DNA of 64,000 nucleotides from Octopus sinensis. Its lineage: Eukaryota. Position numbers and translations under genes: made by a program. Below, piece after piece: positions 27,511 to 39,809 of the stretch. The notes under the pieces are model-generated. The model had not been told where the DNA came from, did not search any database, and saw nothing but the letters and a program-made list of their open reading frames with translations. How positions within the stretch are numbered: position 1 is the stretch's first letter; every line of letters starts with the position of its first letter. The stretch lies in contig NC_042999.1 of assembly GCF_006345805.1 (NCBI RefSeq), positions 806,001 through 870,000 on the forward strand. Direction: 5' to 3'.

Positions 27511-28057
27511 GCAAACAGCTAGGCCCAAAGTGATAACATATGGGAGATATTCAATATTTAAATAGTCTACCGGTTTCATTAAGAAGTTTATGAAGATGTT
27601 ACAAGGTATAAGCTTTCATGTTAATAGGATGAAAGATGGAGGTTGTCGACCCAGTTGAGAATATGATTTTCTCTGGTAAAGTTTTTTTTATGCAGTGATG
27701 AAAGGACCTAAAATGGCTGAAAGTACCTTGCATTTGTTTTTTGCACATGCGGCATTGACGTTCATATAATCATGTGGTGCAACTGGGAGATTGCACAGTA
27801 TTGCACCTTGGTTATATACTTCCATCAGACTTCGCTTTACAGATCAGCTGAAATGTTCTCTACCACATAGATCCCGTGTTTACACATACATACATAAATA
27901 TATGAATACGCACACAGAGAGGTGTACAAAGGAAAATACATACAAAGAGACAGGTAAACAGTAAAACAATACACACATGGTCATACACGCTCACACATTT
28001 ACACATATATAATATATATATATATATATGCAAATATATATATATATATATATATAA

Positions 28058-28106
<49 letters not shown>

Positions 28107-28138
28107 CGGTTAGTAGCACGCCTGCTGAGTTTGGCTGC

Positions 28139-28181
28139 TCTGCATTGATAAGGGGTAAATAGCTTGAAACTAGTCTGCAGA
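28139..28181 (+). ncRNA. Minimal type I hammerhead with U3-A8 core variant
   Basis: ucugca UUGAUAA ggggu-aaau-agcuu GAAA cuag UC ugcaga. Stem I is a perfect 6 bp, extended by gcugcuc/gagcagc. Confidence 0.75.
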
Positions 28182-28466
28182 TGCCTGAGCAGCAAGGGGA
28201 AGCGGCTGACCTCCTCTGTCGAAGGTTATAATGGACACAGGTTTGTGTGTCATATAGCTAGGTAGAGGCGATGACCTCTTGGAACTAATCAACTGCAGCA
28301 TTTGTCCTATATTTCTGGACTGTCATATTAGCTTGGCGATAACTATTAATATCTAGTACCGCTGAGGGTAGTCTCATTTAGAGAGACTTAGAAAATTTAA
28401 TATTTCTATTATATATATATATATATACATATACATGCGTATATATATATATTATATATATATATA

Positions 28467-28521
<55 letters not shown>

Positions 28522-28704
28522 AGCTAGAAAGTTAAATATATAGATATAGATGTATATATTTATATTATATTATCTTTGTATATATATATATCTATATATA
28601 TATATATATTATATATATATATATGATAAGTTTATATATGTGTATATAAATATATACGTATGTATATATATATATACATATATGTATACATATATATATA
28701 TGTT

Positions 28705-28757
<53 letters not shown>

Positions 28758-29335
28758 TACATGCACGTGTATATACACATGCATTGGCATATTAACTACA
28801 AAATGTAGTGTTAGATAACCAGGTACCACACTTTGTTCGGTTCCATCTCCTTATAGAAGACTAACCTAATTGTGACTTTGAAGTTTCCTGTATTAACCTC
28901 GCAGCTACAGTCTCTAGTAGGATTGCTTCCATCAATCCGTGTATTCCTGATTGATTGCCGACGCATTCAATCAGCTCATTAACATGTGTAATTCTGACGC
29001 TGTTGTTAATGAGGAAACTGTACTCATTGCTGCAATAATTACGTCGTTTGATTATGCATTACACTAGGGTGCATAAGTAATTATGCGTGTTGTTTATGTA
29101 AATGTAATATGTCATATAGTAACAATTCATCAAATGGTTCTGTTGTGTTCTGTAATGTTGTCGAATGCGAAAGAACCTCGCTATGAGCGCCGGCGTGGGC
29201 CTGTGACAATTAGTTAGCTTCCCAACGAGTTGCTTCGGATTAAGTGTATTTTATTCTGACCATTTTCAGTAGATTTTGCACGTGTAAACCAAAAGAAGTC
29301 CGCCTAATACATACATATCTACACACACACACACG

Positions 29336-29433
<98 letters not shown>

Positions 29434-29562
29434 TATAGATATATAGTTATATACATATATATATAAAGTTAATCCAAACATGAAAACACAAAGAGAAAAC
29501 AACAACGCGAGGACGTGGAACAAATATAGTATTATTGGACGCTCAGGAAAGAAAGAAGGAGG

Positions 29563-29597
29563 GTTTAACGTTTCGAGCGGAGCACTTCGTCGGAAAC
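29563..29597 (-). ncRNA. Minimal hammerhead, left-arm copy
   Basis: Reverse complement of 29846-29880 with one stem II mismatch. Confidence 0.6.
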
Positions 29598-29845
29598 ATA
29601 GGAGAAGGAAAGATCCAGAGAAGGGAAGACGGAGGGGAAAAGAATCGCCTACGGTACACACGCGGTCACATTTTGAATCATACATATATATATATGTATA
29701 TATACATACATATATACATATATATATATGTATATATACAAATTTCAAAATTATGCATACAAATATTTCAAAATGTGACCTCGTGTGAACCGTTGGCGAT
29801 TTTTTTTCCTCTGTCTTCCTTTCCCTGGATCTTTCCTTCTCCTAT

Positions 29846-29880
29846 GTTTCCGACGAAGAGCTCCGCTCGAAACGTTAAAC
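29846..29880 (+). ncRNA. Minimal hammerhead (CCGACGA-A variant)
   Basis: guuu CCGACGA a gagc-ucc-gcuc GAAA cg UU aaac. Confidence 0.7.
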
Positions 29881-29974
29881 CCTCCTTCTTTCCTTCTTTC
29901 CTGAGCGTCCATTAATACTATATTTGTTCCACGTCCTCGCGTTGTTGTGTTTTTGTGCTTTCTTGTTTGGATTA

Positions 29975-30015
<41 letters not shown>

Positions 30016-30016
30016 A

Positions 30017-30657
30017 TTCTTTCACTTGTTTCAGTCATTTTACTGCGACCATGCTGGGGCAATGCTTTTAGCTTTGTAAGCCTAGTACTTATTTTCTCCT
30101 TCCCTCTTGCCGAATCACTAAGTTACGTGAACGTAAACAAACCAACATCGGGAGACTATGGAGTTGCACATAAACTAATCCAGTCTGGTTTTTACATTTC
30201 ATGTCCTCTCCAGTTTCCTCTCCCGTTTTGCGCAGACCATGGCTAGATGTAAGAAAATCCTCCGTAGCCCAATCGTCAGGATTCCTCTCTCGACCTTGCT
30301 GACGTAGTCCAAAGAAGTGCAGAGCATTACGATTGGCACCAGCTTGATTGCAGGAGCTGCCGGAAGAGTGTCGAGTCAAACACTAAACCGCCTCCGGGGC
30401 TCCACTCCGGATTTCTTTGAAGGTTGTCTCCATTCCGTATGGAGGCCCATACTGGGTACTGTCAGCCGAAGCCTGCTAAGCCCGGGACTCAAGCATGGTC
30501 GCCACTCTCTGAAGTAGTGAAGAAAATCGATGACCACTACCTAAAGAAAGAAGCTATAGTACAAGACATTTGCCGAAGGTGCCATGCAGTGAGGTTGAAA
30601 CCGGAACCATTTGATACATTGAAGCAAGCTTCTAACCACACAGTCATGCCTGCGCCT
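30017..30657 (-). mobile_element. SINE family B interrupted by ~400 bp of foreign sequence resembling an RTE-BovB-like 5' UTR
   Basis: SINE B parts at 30017-30150 and 30550-30657. The insert contains ttggcaccagcttgattgcaggagctgccggaag...ctccactccggattt (family resemblance from memory). Confidence 0.55.
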
Positions 30658-31429
30658 TGACAAAGTTTCGAAGGAAAATACTTAAAAATAATTCTTCAAC
30701 TGGAATCATTAGCCACATTGGACATTTATTCTTACAGTTATGGTTTTCGATCCTGAATCTTAGACTGGAAAATTTATTGTTCAGCTTGAGTAGATTTCTG
30801 TGAAATTTATCAGACCGATATGTGGAATAAGTCTGTTATTGGATAAAGTCGCAAAGATTATTATGGAAACATAAGGGCAACGGTGTAGAAATATTCGTCT
30901 TTAAATTCTTAGTTCTTAATTCTAGTTGCTTGGTCGCATCTTATGCCTGAACAATACCGGTAGATTGAAGTCGCTCTCTTTCATACACTCTAATGCTTTC
31001 TGATAACTAAACAGAAACTAAATTCCTTTTTAAGACATTAAGCCAAACTTTAAAATTATCAGAAATATTTCATAAGAGTTATTAGACCAAAACTGTTAAG
31101 TTAGACAGATAGGAACAATAAGAACAATGGAGAGAAGCACCATAACATGCATGCAGGCAGCCAAGGATGCAAAACGGAAAAATATATCGAAGATAGGCAA
31201 AGCGTTCATAACAGCTGCATGTCCAGCAGTTCAAACAAAAATGTTTAGAAGCATCACTTTAAATTTGTATTCTCCAAATTATTTTGGAATTCTCTCTTTC
31301 ATTTCCTTTCTCACATGAGAGAAAGAGAGAGAGAGAGAGAGAAGAGAGAGGGAGAGAGAGAGAGAGAGAGAGAGAGAAAAGAAAGATTTGCAGACTGAAC
31401 ATAGATTCATGTCTCAAATAACATATCTA

Positions 31430-31996
31430 TTGTGTTGTACGGAAAGTTCGTGCCGTTTTATAGTAGCTTACCTTTCGACTTAGAACATGGTTGAGTCCAT
31501 AAAATAGGATTTTACTACACCTCCATATAACACATGTTATAGGAACATAAACCTTCTTCGAGGAAGAAGGTTTATGTTCCAATAACCTGTGTTAATTCTG
31601 TAACCCTTTAAAATAAAAGATGAGAAAGTTCATTTTCGGCACTTGATGCTTTGGGAACCTGACAAAAGTTGCTGCAGCTCAACTGGGATGTATTACCCCA
31701 CTCTCCATATTCACCAGATATTGCTCCTTCGGATTTCTACTTATTTAGGTATCTGCAGATTAGTCTTCATGGTAAAAATTTCAATTCTTTGGATGACGTA
31801 AAAAAATACCTTGATGAATTGTTTGCTATGGAAAACCCTCAATTCTGGGAAGAGAGTATTTTCAAGTTAAAGGAAAGATGGAGACGCATTGTGGAACAAA
31901 ATGGTTCATATTTGGTTGATTAAAAATGTAATGGCAAGTATTTATTGACCTTTTTCTTTCCTTTAAAAATCGGCACGAACTTTCCGGACAGCCCAA
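31430..31996 (+). mobile_element. Internally deleted mariner element with TIRs and TA target duplication
   Basis: TIRs ttgtgttgtacggaaagttcgtgccg / cggcacgaactttccggacagcccaa flanked by TA. N-terminus (KVHFRHLMLWE) is fused to the C-terminus (HSPYSPDIAPSDFYLF...NGSYLVD*). Confidence 0.92.
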
Positions 31997-32204
31997 TACA
32001 TTAGTAGCAGAAAAAGTTTTGTCCAGCAGCGATGGAGAGTATGCCAGTTTCAGTCTGTAATTGATATCAAAAATATATAACAGTTGCATACTTCGTGTTA
32101 TCAATAATAATTGCAGAATAATTTCTGCTGCTTCTGAGGAGCATTTTGGAAATATGTTTCTCATATATTTTTTATCTTTAATTCGTAATGAATTGTCCAA
32201 AATA

Positions 32205-32418
32205 AGGCGGCGAGCTCGTAGAATCGTTAACACGCCGGGGAAAATGATTAGCGGCATTTCGTCTGTCTTAATGTTCTGAGTTCAAGTTCTGCCGAGGTTG
32301 CCTTTGCCTTTCACCCTTTCGGGGGTCGGTAAATAAGTAGCAGGTAAGCATAGAGTCGATGTAATAGACTTTCCCACTTCCCCAAAACTTGCTGGCCTTG
32401 AGCCAAAACTTGAAACCA
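32205..32418 (+). mobile_element. SINE family A
   Basis: aaggcggcgagctcgtagaatcgttaacacgccggg... head and core. Confidence 0.85.
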
Positions 32419-32490
32419 CTGAATAATCTAAAATCGCAATAAACAGAAAAGGTCTAAGGATATCACCTTGTTGTACTCCTACCCAAGAGC
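32419..32490 (-). pseudogene. Non-LTR (RTE/RTE-X-like) reverse transcriptase fragment
   Basis: GVQQGDILRPFLFIAILDY, the GVxQGDxLxPxLF motif. Confidence 0.7.
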
Positions 32491-32770
32491 CCAAAATCTC
32501 TCTCTCTCTCTCTCTAAGCGGTGGTGTGTTAGTAAACGAGGCAGACTGTTTCCAAGGCGATGTCTGGACTGCACTACACCGCACAAGAGTCTCAGACGTG
32601 CGATTATCAATCTGCGGAAGCAGCTGCTATGTGTAGGAAAGGTCTTGGGCAGGGCTCGTGACAGTCCACCAACCCATAGCAACTTAAAAAGCGAAGACAA
32701 AAATAATAACGATGCTATGCGCGTACGATTTGGTGCACATGTGTGTAGTAAGTAAATGCATGTGTATATT

Positions 32771-32814
<44 letters not shown>

Positions 32815-32954
32815 AGCAATAAAGATTCAAGTTAATTAAAAAAAATTACTTGAATATGTACTAACTTAGATGCACCAAAAAAAACTATACTGATTTAACA
32901 ATACAATAATGTGGGGTGATTATAAGCGAGAAAGAAGCAACAAGAATGGATAGG

Positions 32955-33044
32955 TTTTTGTACGATCGTTTCATACAAGGACAGGTTTATTAAAAGTTGC
33001 AAAGATTACAGCATATAAACGAGTCCCGTACTCATCAGCTAAAA
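32955..33044 (-). ncRNA. Type I hammerhead, left-arm copy
   Basis: Reverse complement of 33224-33311 with a 1-nt defect in stem I. Confidence 0.7.
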
Positions 33045-33223
33045 TACATGTAAGTTCTCTAGACATCCTAGTGTTGAGGCTATACTCATGAAGTAATGTA
33101 GATAATTAAACAGATTTCTAAAGTTATTAAAGTTCTTTAAAGAACTTTAGAATCTGTTTAATTATCTACATTACTTCATGAGTATAGCCTCAAACACTAG
33201 GATGTCTAGAGAACTTACATGTA

Positions 33224-33311
33224 TTTTAGCTGATGAGTACGGGACTCGTTTATATGCTGTAATCTTGCAACTTTAATAAAACTGTCCTTGTATGAAACGA
33301 TCGTACTAAAA
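33224..33311 (+). ncRNA. Type I hammerhead ribozyme, canonical core
   Basis: uuuuag CUGAUGA guacgggac...guccuuguau GAAA cgaucg UA cuaaaa; predicted cut 33305/33306. Confidence 0.88.
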
Positions 33312-33337
33312 ACCTATCCATTCTGTTGCTTCTTCTC

Positions 33338-33378
<41 letters not shown>

Positions 33379-33416
33379 TGATCAAAATAAAATAAAAACA
33401 TGATGCGAAGGATTCA

Positions 33417-33493
33417 GCGGTACATATGTTTCGGGCCTTTATTAGACAGATTTATAACAATGCATAATGTAGTCTGTGGCCTTCTTCAGCCGC
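33417..33493 (-). ncRNA. Type I hammerhead at the element's sense 3' end
   Basis: gcgg CUGAAGA aggcc...ggccc GAAA cauaug UA ccgc. Confidence 0.85.
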
Positions 33494-35360
33494 GCACAAC
33501 AGCTTCCACAAGGACATGTGTTACATCAAAAGTTCTTGGTTGGGGATGCAAATCCTCTCATTCACGTACGACATAATGCGGCAGCAGCATAGAGTTGAAG
33601 CGTCCGTCTCTTTCTTCTCTCAATGTAGAATGAGGAAAATTGGATGTTGAGGTAATGTAAATAAATACATACATATATAGAGGTGAAGATGGAGGGGCGA
33701 GAGTTCGGGACGAGGGATTATAAAAAATGTATAAAATGTGTAAGTATAGAATAATATAAAAATGTAGAGGATAAAGGGTTGTAAGAGATGTAAAGGGGTA
33801 TAAAGAAATATAAAGTAAAAATAGAAATAGAAATAAAAGTAAAAAACCTGATAAAAACATGATAAAAGTGTAAAAGAATGTAAAGATAAGGGATGTATAG
33901 AGGTTATGGACCAAGCATGGTGGTCAGGAGATTGATCAATTTAGTTGTAGAATTGTCAGTACATCAACAGTTTCGTCTGGGGACTTAATGCGTTGTAAAT
34001 CAGAGCTGATGAGCATTTAATCTGGTTCCTTGAATTAAATGGACTTCTAGTACATACATATCATCATGGATATATACACCCACATACACGCGTACATATA
34101 CGCCTCCAAGCCTATAGCATACACACCACTCGCGTGTAAACACGTACATAAACACACACGCACCCACACGCACGCGCGTACACACACATACATACAACAG
34201 AATATCCGCATATATACACAGACATTACGCGCGTACACGCTCACATGTATATACGCGCGCCCATCACTACATACACACACGTATATGCCCACGCCTCTAG
34301 GTCCAGGTATAAGATATTAAAGGATGTGTATAAGAACGTATGTAAAGAATCCCGTACTCATGTCATACGCGCACGCACACACGGCTGTGTGTCCGTATGT
34401 GCGTGCACATATACACTCATATACACACACAGAGACACACGCGCACATGGGTATAGCTATAAGATATCGAAGTATGCATGTACATATATGCGCGTGCATA
34501 TGTATGTATGCGTATACACACGTACGCGGACGCTCGTATATTCAAAAGGTGGATCCATAGGTAAGTAAATAAACATATATAGAGGTGTAAAGCGATAAGT
34601 TAGGGGTAAGAATGAGGGTAAGGGTAAAGATTAGAAATAAAAAATACAGTATAAAATAAGAAATACAATGTAATAGTTAGAAATGAAGTATAAGAATTAT
34701 AAAAATTATAAGAGTTAAGGTAAGGGATGAAAATGAAAATGAGAATAAATGGAAGTAGAATAAAAGTAAAAATAAAATTAAAAATAAAAATAAAAATAAA
34801 TGGAAGTAGGATAAAAGTAAAAATAAAAGTAAAAATAAAAATAAAATAAAATAAGATAAAAATAAGATAAAAATATAATTTTGTAAAGTTTAACATGAGA
34901 TGAAGGTGGTTGAAATTTAGAGGTGTGTGTTAAACGTAGGGGCGGGCGGGGGGAACTGAAAATTGGAAGGGTGGGAAGTGGAGTTTGGCGGTGTGCGTTC
35001 AACATCTGAGTTAGAAATGTGAAAGGGTATAGATATAGGGGATTAAAGAGACTACATAGGGAGGATATGGGTGTAGGAGAAGAAATATTTAGGGAAAAGA
35101 AGTCATATATGGGAGACAAAATTTGTATATATAGGGGGAAAATGCAGGGAACCCTATATGCACGTACACACACCCGCACACACACACACACACGCACATG
35201 TACATATATATGTATATGTACACATACGTACACGTATGTGCACATATATACGCACACACACACACATACACAATACACGCACATATAGGAAGCGGGATGT
35301 GCTGGAGCCGACAGGTTGCACCGGGTGGGAGGAAATTGCATGGGGGAGTTGGTATAAGAC

Positions 35361-37172
35361 CTAAGCATTGTAGTATTTGAAAGTATTAATAAGTTTATGT
35401 ATACAGGATGGTTTGAACTCTGACCTTTTGTTAATAAGATTGTGTTTGTCTTTGAATTTCAAGATGTTAAGGAGTTCTACACAGCATAGTTGGCATCCTG
35501 CTCTATTATTTAAATAAGGTGCAGCTGATCCGATGATGGACCATCTGAGTTTGAAGCCTATGCATTTGTCTTTTAATTCCCAAATCTTTTAGAGAGGGAG
35601 GTGCTGTTAGCCTTATGTCTGTGTCTCAGCGAGGACCGGTGGTTGTAGTATCTGGATTTCCAGAGGTTGAGCAACCAATATAGGTGAGTGTGTTAAACTG
35701 AGTACTCACCTCACATGAGTATATTACGTTTTTCGCCCTACATGCGCCCTGCAGCGGGCACTCTGATGCACATCTGCAGTTGCATTGCATTGCATTGTTC
35801 GGTCGTGTGCTGCTAATCCCAGGCGGAGGTGTTGCAATACGAGTGGGGGCGTTGGTATCCTCCTGGTTGTTGATGGGTGTAGTATTTCCTCTGTTGTGTT
35901 GGCGGGTGTTATTACTAACTGTTTGGGTCGTATGGCTGCCAGTCTGGTTATATTGTCTACTGTCTAGATGAGGGGGGTTCTGTTGGTCGCTATGGTTTGC
36001 TCTTGATCCAGCTGTTCTAATATTAATATAGTTATGTTTAGCTATGAGGCAGCTCATGTTGGGCAGGGTAGAGTAGGAAATCCTAATAGTTTTGTTGGAG
36101 AAGATACTTCTATACTTGTGGGTGGGTGGGAAGTTGTTGGAAATTATAGAGAATATTCTCTTACATAACTTACCCCTAACTGCTAAGTTGAAAGGTATGT
36201 TGAACCATATATATTTGCGTAATCTACTATTATCCCTTCTATTTCTCCTAATAGGATCTATATTGCTCTCGTCGGGAGGGTTACTATTGTGTGCTGTTCT
36301 ATTAGTTCGCCTATTTCCTATACGTTGTTTGGAGTTTAAATTAGAATTATCGCTAGTGTGAGTTGAGTGCTGAGTTCGATTATAATTGGGAGTCTTATGG
36401 CCGACGGACGCTCCCGGGTGGTCTACATATGATATTCTCTGGTTATACCGGCACTGTAGAGAGCCTGGTTGTAGTGTTGTGCATGATTATTGAAAATTTC
36501 TCTATTAGAGGATAGTTTTGTCAGTCTGTCTGAGATGGCTTGGACCGTGGTGCTAATTATACAGGGTGGATGGTTGGAAGAGGTATGGATGTATTTGGTA
36601 GTTTCTTCTGGTTTCCTATACGGGTAGTGAAGGTGCTTATTCAAATCTAACGTAACATCTAAGAAGTTTACTATTTTAGTATTGGTCATAAATTCTAGTT
36701 TAAGATTGAAGGATTTGAAAAAAAGCCTGATCTTTTTCCTAATTCTTTCTAGTTTACTCCTATTGTTGGTGGGGTATATGAAGAGAGCGTCGTCTCTGTA
36801 TAGACCCCCCTGAAGATCCGGTACCTCGGAGAAAAGCTTCTTGAGCAGGTAGGCCCCGACCAAGTCAGTCACCTGAGCTGAATCGCTCGAGCCCATAGCC
36901 ACATCGAAATTGTCGTGGGTATCGGATCTGGTCCAGAGTCTACCGTCGAATTCTATTATGGTTTTTCTAGCTAATAGAATTATGTCAATTTTTTCTCTGT
37001 CTATGAGTGAAAGGTTGCGGGCAAAAATAAGGGATTTGTTAAGTAAGATGGGGGATATACTGGCGTAGTAGCTAGCTATGTCGAATTGGATGAATGAGTA
37101 GTCGGGCCTATTGGTGATAGTGTTAAACCATTCTAGCACATCGTTGGTGTTAATCCATAGTTGGAGTGGGAT
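35361..37172 (-). pseudogene. PLE polyprotein: reverse transcriptase, thumb, Cys knuckle and GIY-YIG endonuclease; N-truncated, two frameshifts (~36447, ~35664)
   Basis: LWINTNDVLEWF, FIQFDIASYY, MGSSDSAQVTDLVG, GLYRDD, VNFLDVTLDL, IWFNIPFN, ISYSTLPNM, CNCRCASECPLQGAC, VIY...YIG, WKSRYYNH, CQLCCVE, LINKRSEF...CIH; stop at 35361-35363. Confidence 0.92.
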
Positions 37173-38551
37173 TTTCAACCACCTTCATCTCATGTTAAAC
37201 TTTACAAAATTATATTTTTATCTTATTTTATTTTATTTTTATTTTTACTTTTATTTTTACTTTTATCCTACTTCCATTTATTTTTATTTTTATTTTTAAT
37301 TTTATTTTTACTTTTATTCTACTTCCATTTATTCTCATTTTCATTTTCATCCCTTACCTTAACTCTTATACATTGTATTTCTTATTTTATACTGTATTTT
37401 TTATTTCTAATCTTTACCCTTACCCTCATTCTTACCCCTAACTTATCGCTTTACACCTCTATATATGTTTATTTACTTACCTATGGATCCACCTTTTGAA
37501 TATACGAGCGTCCGCGTACGTGTGTATACGCATACATACATATGCACGCGCATATATGTACATGCATACTTCGATATCTTATAGCTATACCCATGTGCGC
37601 GTGTGTCTCTGTGTGTGTATATGAGTGTATAAGTGTGCACGCACATACGGACACACAGCCGTGTGTGCGTGCGCGTATTGACATGAGTACGGGATTCTTT
37701 ACATACGTTCTTATACACATCCTTTAATATCTTATACCTGGACCTAGAGGCGTGGGCATATACGTGTGTGTATGTAGTGATGGGCGCGCGTATATACATG
37801 TGAGCGTGTACGCGCGTAATGTCCGTGTATATATGCGGATATTCTGTTGTATGTATGTGTGTGTACGCGCGTGCGTGTGGGTGCGTGTGTGTTTATGTAC
37901 GTGTTTACACGCGAGTGCGTGTGTATGCTATAGGCTTGGAGGCGTATATGTACGCGTGTATGTGGGTGTATATATCCATGATGATATGTATGTACTAGAA
38001 GTCCATTTAATTCAAGGAACCAGATTAAATGCTCATCAGCTCTGATTTACAACGCATTAAGTCCCCAGACGAAACTGTTGATGTACTGACAATTCTACAA
38101 CTAAATTTGATCAATCTCCTGACCACCATGCTTGGTCCATAACCTCTATACATCCCTTATCTTTACATTCTTTTACACTTTTATCATGTTTTTATCAGGT
38201 TTTTTTACTTTTATTTCTATTTCTATTTTTACTTTATATTTCTTTATACCCCCTTTACATCTCCTTACAACCCTTTATCCTCTACATTTTTATATTATTC
38301 TATACTTACACATTTTATACATTTTTTATCCCTCGTCCCGAACTCTCGCCCCTCCATCTTCACCTCTATATATGTATGTATTTATTTACATTACCTCAAC
38401 ATCCAATTTTCCTCATTCTACATTGAGAGAAGAAAGAGATGGACGCTTCAACTCTATGCTGCTGCCGCATTATGTCGTACGTGAATGAGAGGATTTGCAT
38501 CCCCAACCAAGAATTTTGATGTAACACATGTCCTTGTGGAAGCTGTTGTGC

Positions 38552-38629
38552 GCGGCTGAAGAAGCCCACAGACATACATTATGCATTGTTATAAATCTGT
38601 CTAATAAAGGCCCGAAACATATGTACCGC
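38552..38629 (+). ncRNA. Type I hammerhead in the inverted arm
   Basis: gcgg CUGAAGA agccc...ggccc GAAA cauaug UA ccgc; predicted cut 38625/38626. Confidence 0.8.
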
Positions 38630-38781
38630 TGAATCCTTCGCATCATGTTTTTATTTTATTTTGATCAATTTACTCCACCACCTACACCACCAAACGGTAT
38701 ACACAGGTGCTTATAATTATCAAGTACTCACCCCGAATTTCTATATATATATATATATATGTATATGTATATATATATATG

Positions 38782-38816
<35 letters not shown>

Positions 38817-38985
38817 TGTGTGTGTGTGTGTATGTGTGTGTGTGTGTGCCTGTTTGTGTGTGTGTGTGTGTGTATGTGTGTGTGTGTGTGTACATGGAAT
38901 TTCAGATAGTTTGTGTTTGATTATTTGCCCTATATTCTCCTCGTGTAAAATAATTCTAAAAGAGTAATACATATATTTTTATATC

Positions 38986-39787
38986 AATTGCTAGTAGGAC
39001 CACCGTATTTCGTGATACAACTATAATATCCTACTAAGTATATTAAAGGCTTATAACTCAATACTGTGTCCTTCCTGTGTTAGCAGTATATAGTCAATGG
39101 GTGCATGGTCAATGGGTGCATGGTCAATGGGTTGGATATGGTGCTGAAGAATAAGCAATATGTATATAGGCATAGGAGTGGCTGTGTGGTAAGTAGCTTT
39201 CTTCCGGGTTCAGTCCCACTGCGTGGCACCTTCGGCAAGTGTCTTCTACTATAGCCCCGGGCCGACCAAAGCCTTATGAATGGATTTGATAGACGGAAAC
39301 TGAAAAGAAGCCCGTCGTATATATATATGTTTATATATGTATGTGTGTATGTGTTTGTGTGTCTGTGTTTGTCCCCCCAACATCGCTTGACAACCGATGC
39401 TGGTGTATTTACGTCCTCGTAACTTAGCAGTTCGGCAACAGACACCCGATATAATAAGTGCTTGGCTAACAAAGAATAAGTCCTGGGGTAGATTTGCTCG
39501 ACTAAAGGTGGTGCTCCAACATGGCCACAGTCAAAATGACTGAAACAAGTAAAAGAGTATAGAGAGAGTATACACTTGTTACCTATTTTCGTATATTCAA
39601 CCACATTGTTTTCATAGACCACGCCGTACCTTTCAGAACTGGCCCCGCAAATTGTAGACATGACTTTAAAAGGTGATTGTATCGCACTGCTAACACAGAT
39701 AGGACGCAGTATTAACTTATAAGCCTTTCATATGCTTAATATTATATTATGGTTGCATAACGAATCACTGCATCTCTTCCAGCAATT
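38986..39787. mobile_element. Old MITE-like element with ~100 bp diverged TIRs, interrupted by a SINE
   Basis: aaaggcttataa...tactgtgtccttcctgtgttagcagt (to ~39087) versus actgctaacacagataggacgcagta...ttataagccttt (from ~39685). Confidence 0.65.
39168..39565 (+). mobile_element. SINE family B, near full length
   Basis: ggagtggctgtgtggtaag...ccgggttcagtccc...gtggcaccttcggcaagtgtctt (CORE-like)...tgactgaaacaagtaaaagag. Confidence 0.9.
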
Positions 39788-39809
39788 CATATATACGTAT
39801 TAGTTACCA

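Larger units (their letters stand above)
29461..29983. repeat. ~215 bp inverted repeat with outward-facing hammerheads and TA-rich spacer
   Basis: 29461-29677 versus 29767-29983 reverse-complementary. Confidence 0.9.
32927..33338. repeat. ~410 bp fold-back palindrome with two outward hammerheads; left tail 32810-32926
   Basis: Self-complementary about ~33130-33140; flanked by (TA)n. Confidence 0.92.
33375..38741 (-). mobile_element. 5'-truncated Penelope-like element (Naiad-type) with ~1.5 kb inverted pseudo-LTRs, in (TA)n
   Basis: Arms 33375-34915 and 37173-38671 are reverse-complementary; RT-EN coding region lies between them; ~70 bp tail 38672-38741; TA repeats on both sides. Confidence 0.92.

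Noticed and set aside
33558-33914. 118 aa ORF duplicated at 38132-38488
   Set aside because: It lies in the T-rich PLE arms, is low complexity, and its frame differs between the arms; the duplication is explained by the inverted repeat.
34003-34050. CUGAUGA followed by hairpin cauuuaau/auuaaaug in the PLE arm
   Set aside because: No GAAA, stem III or UH follows, and it is antisense to the element.
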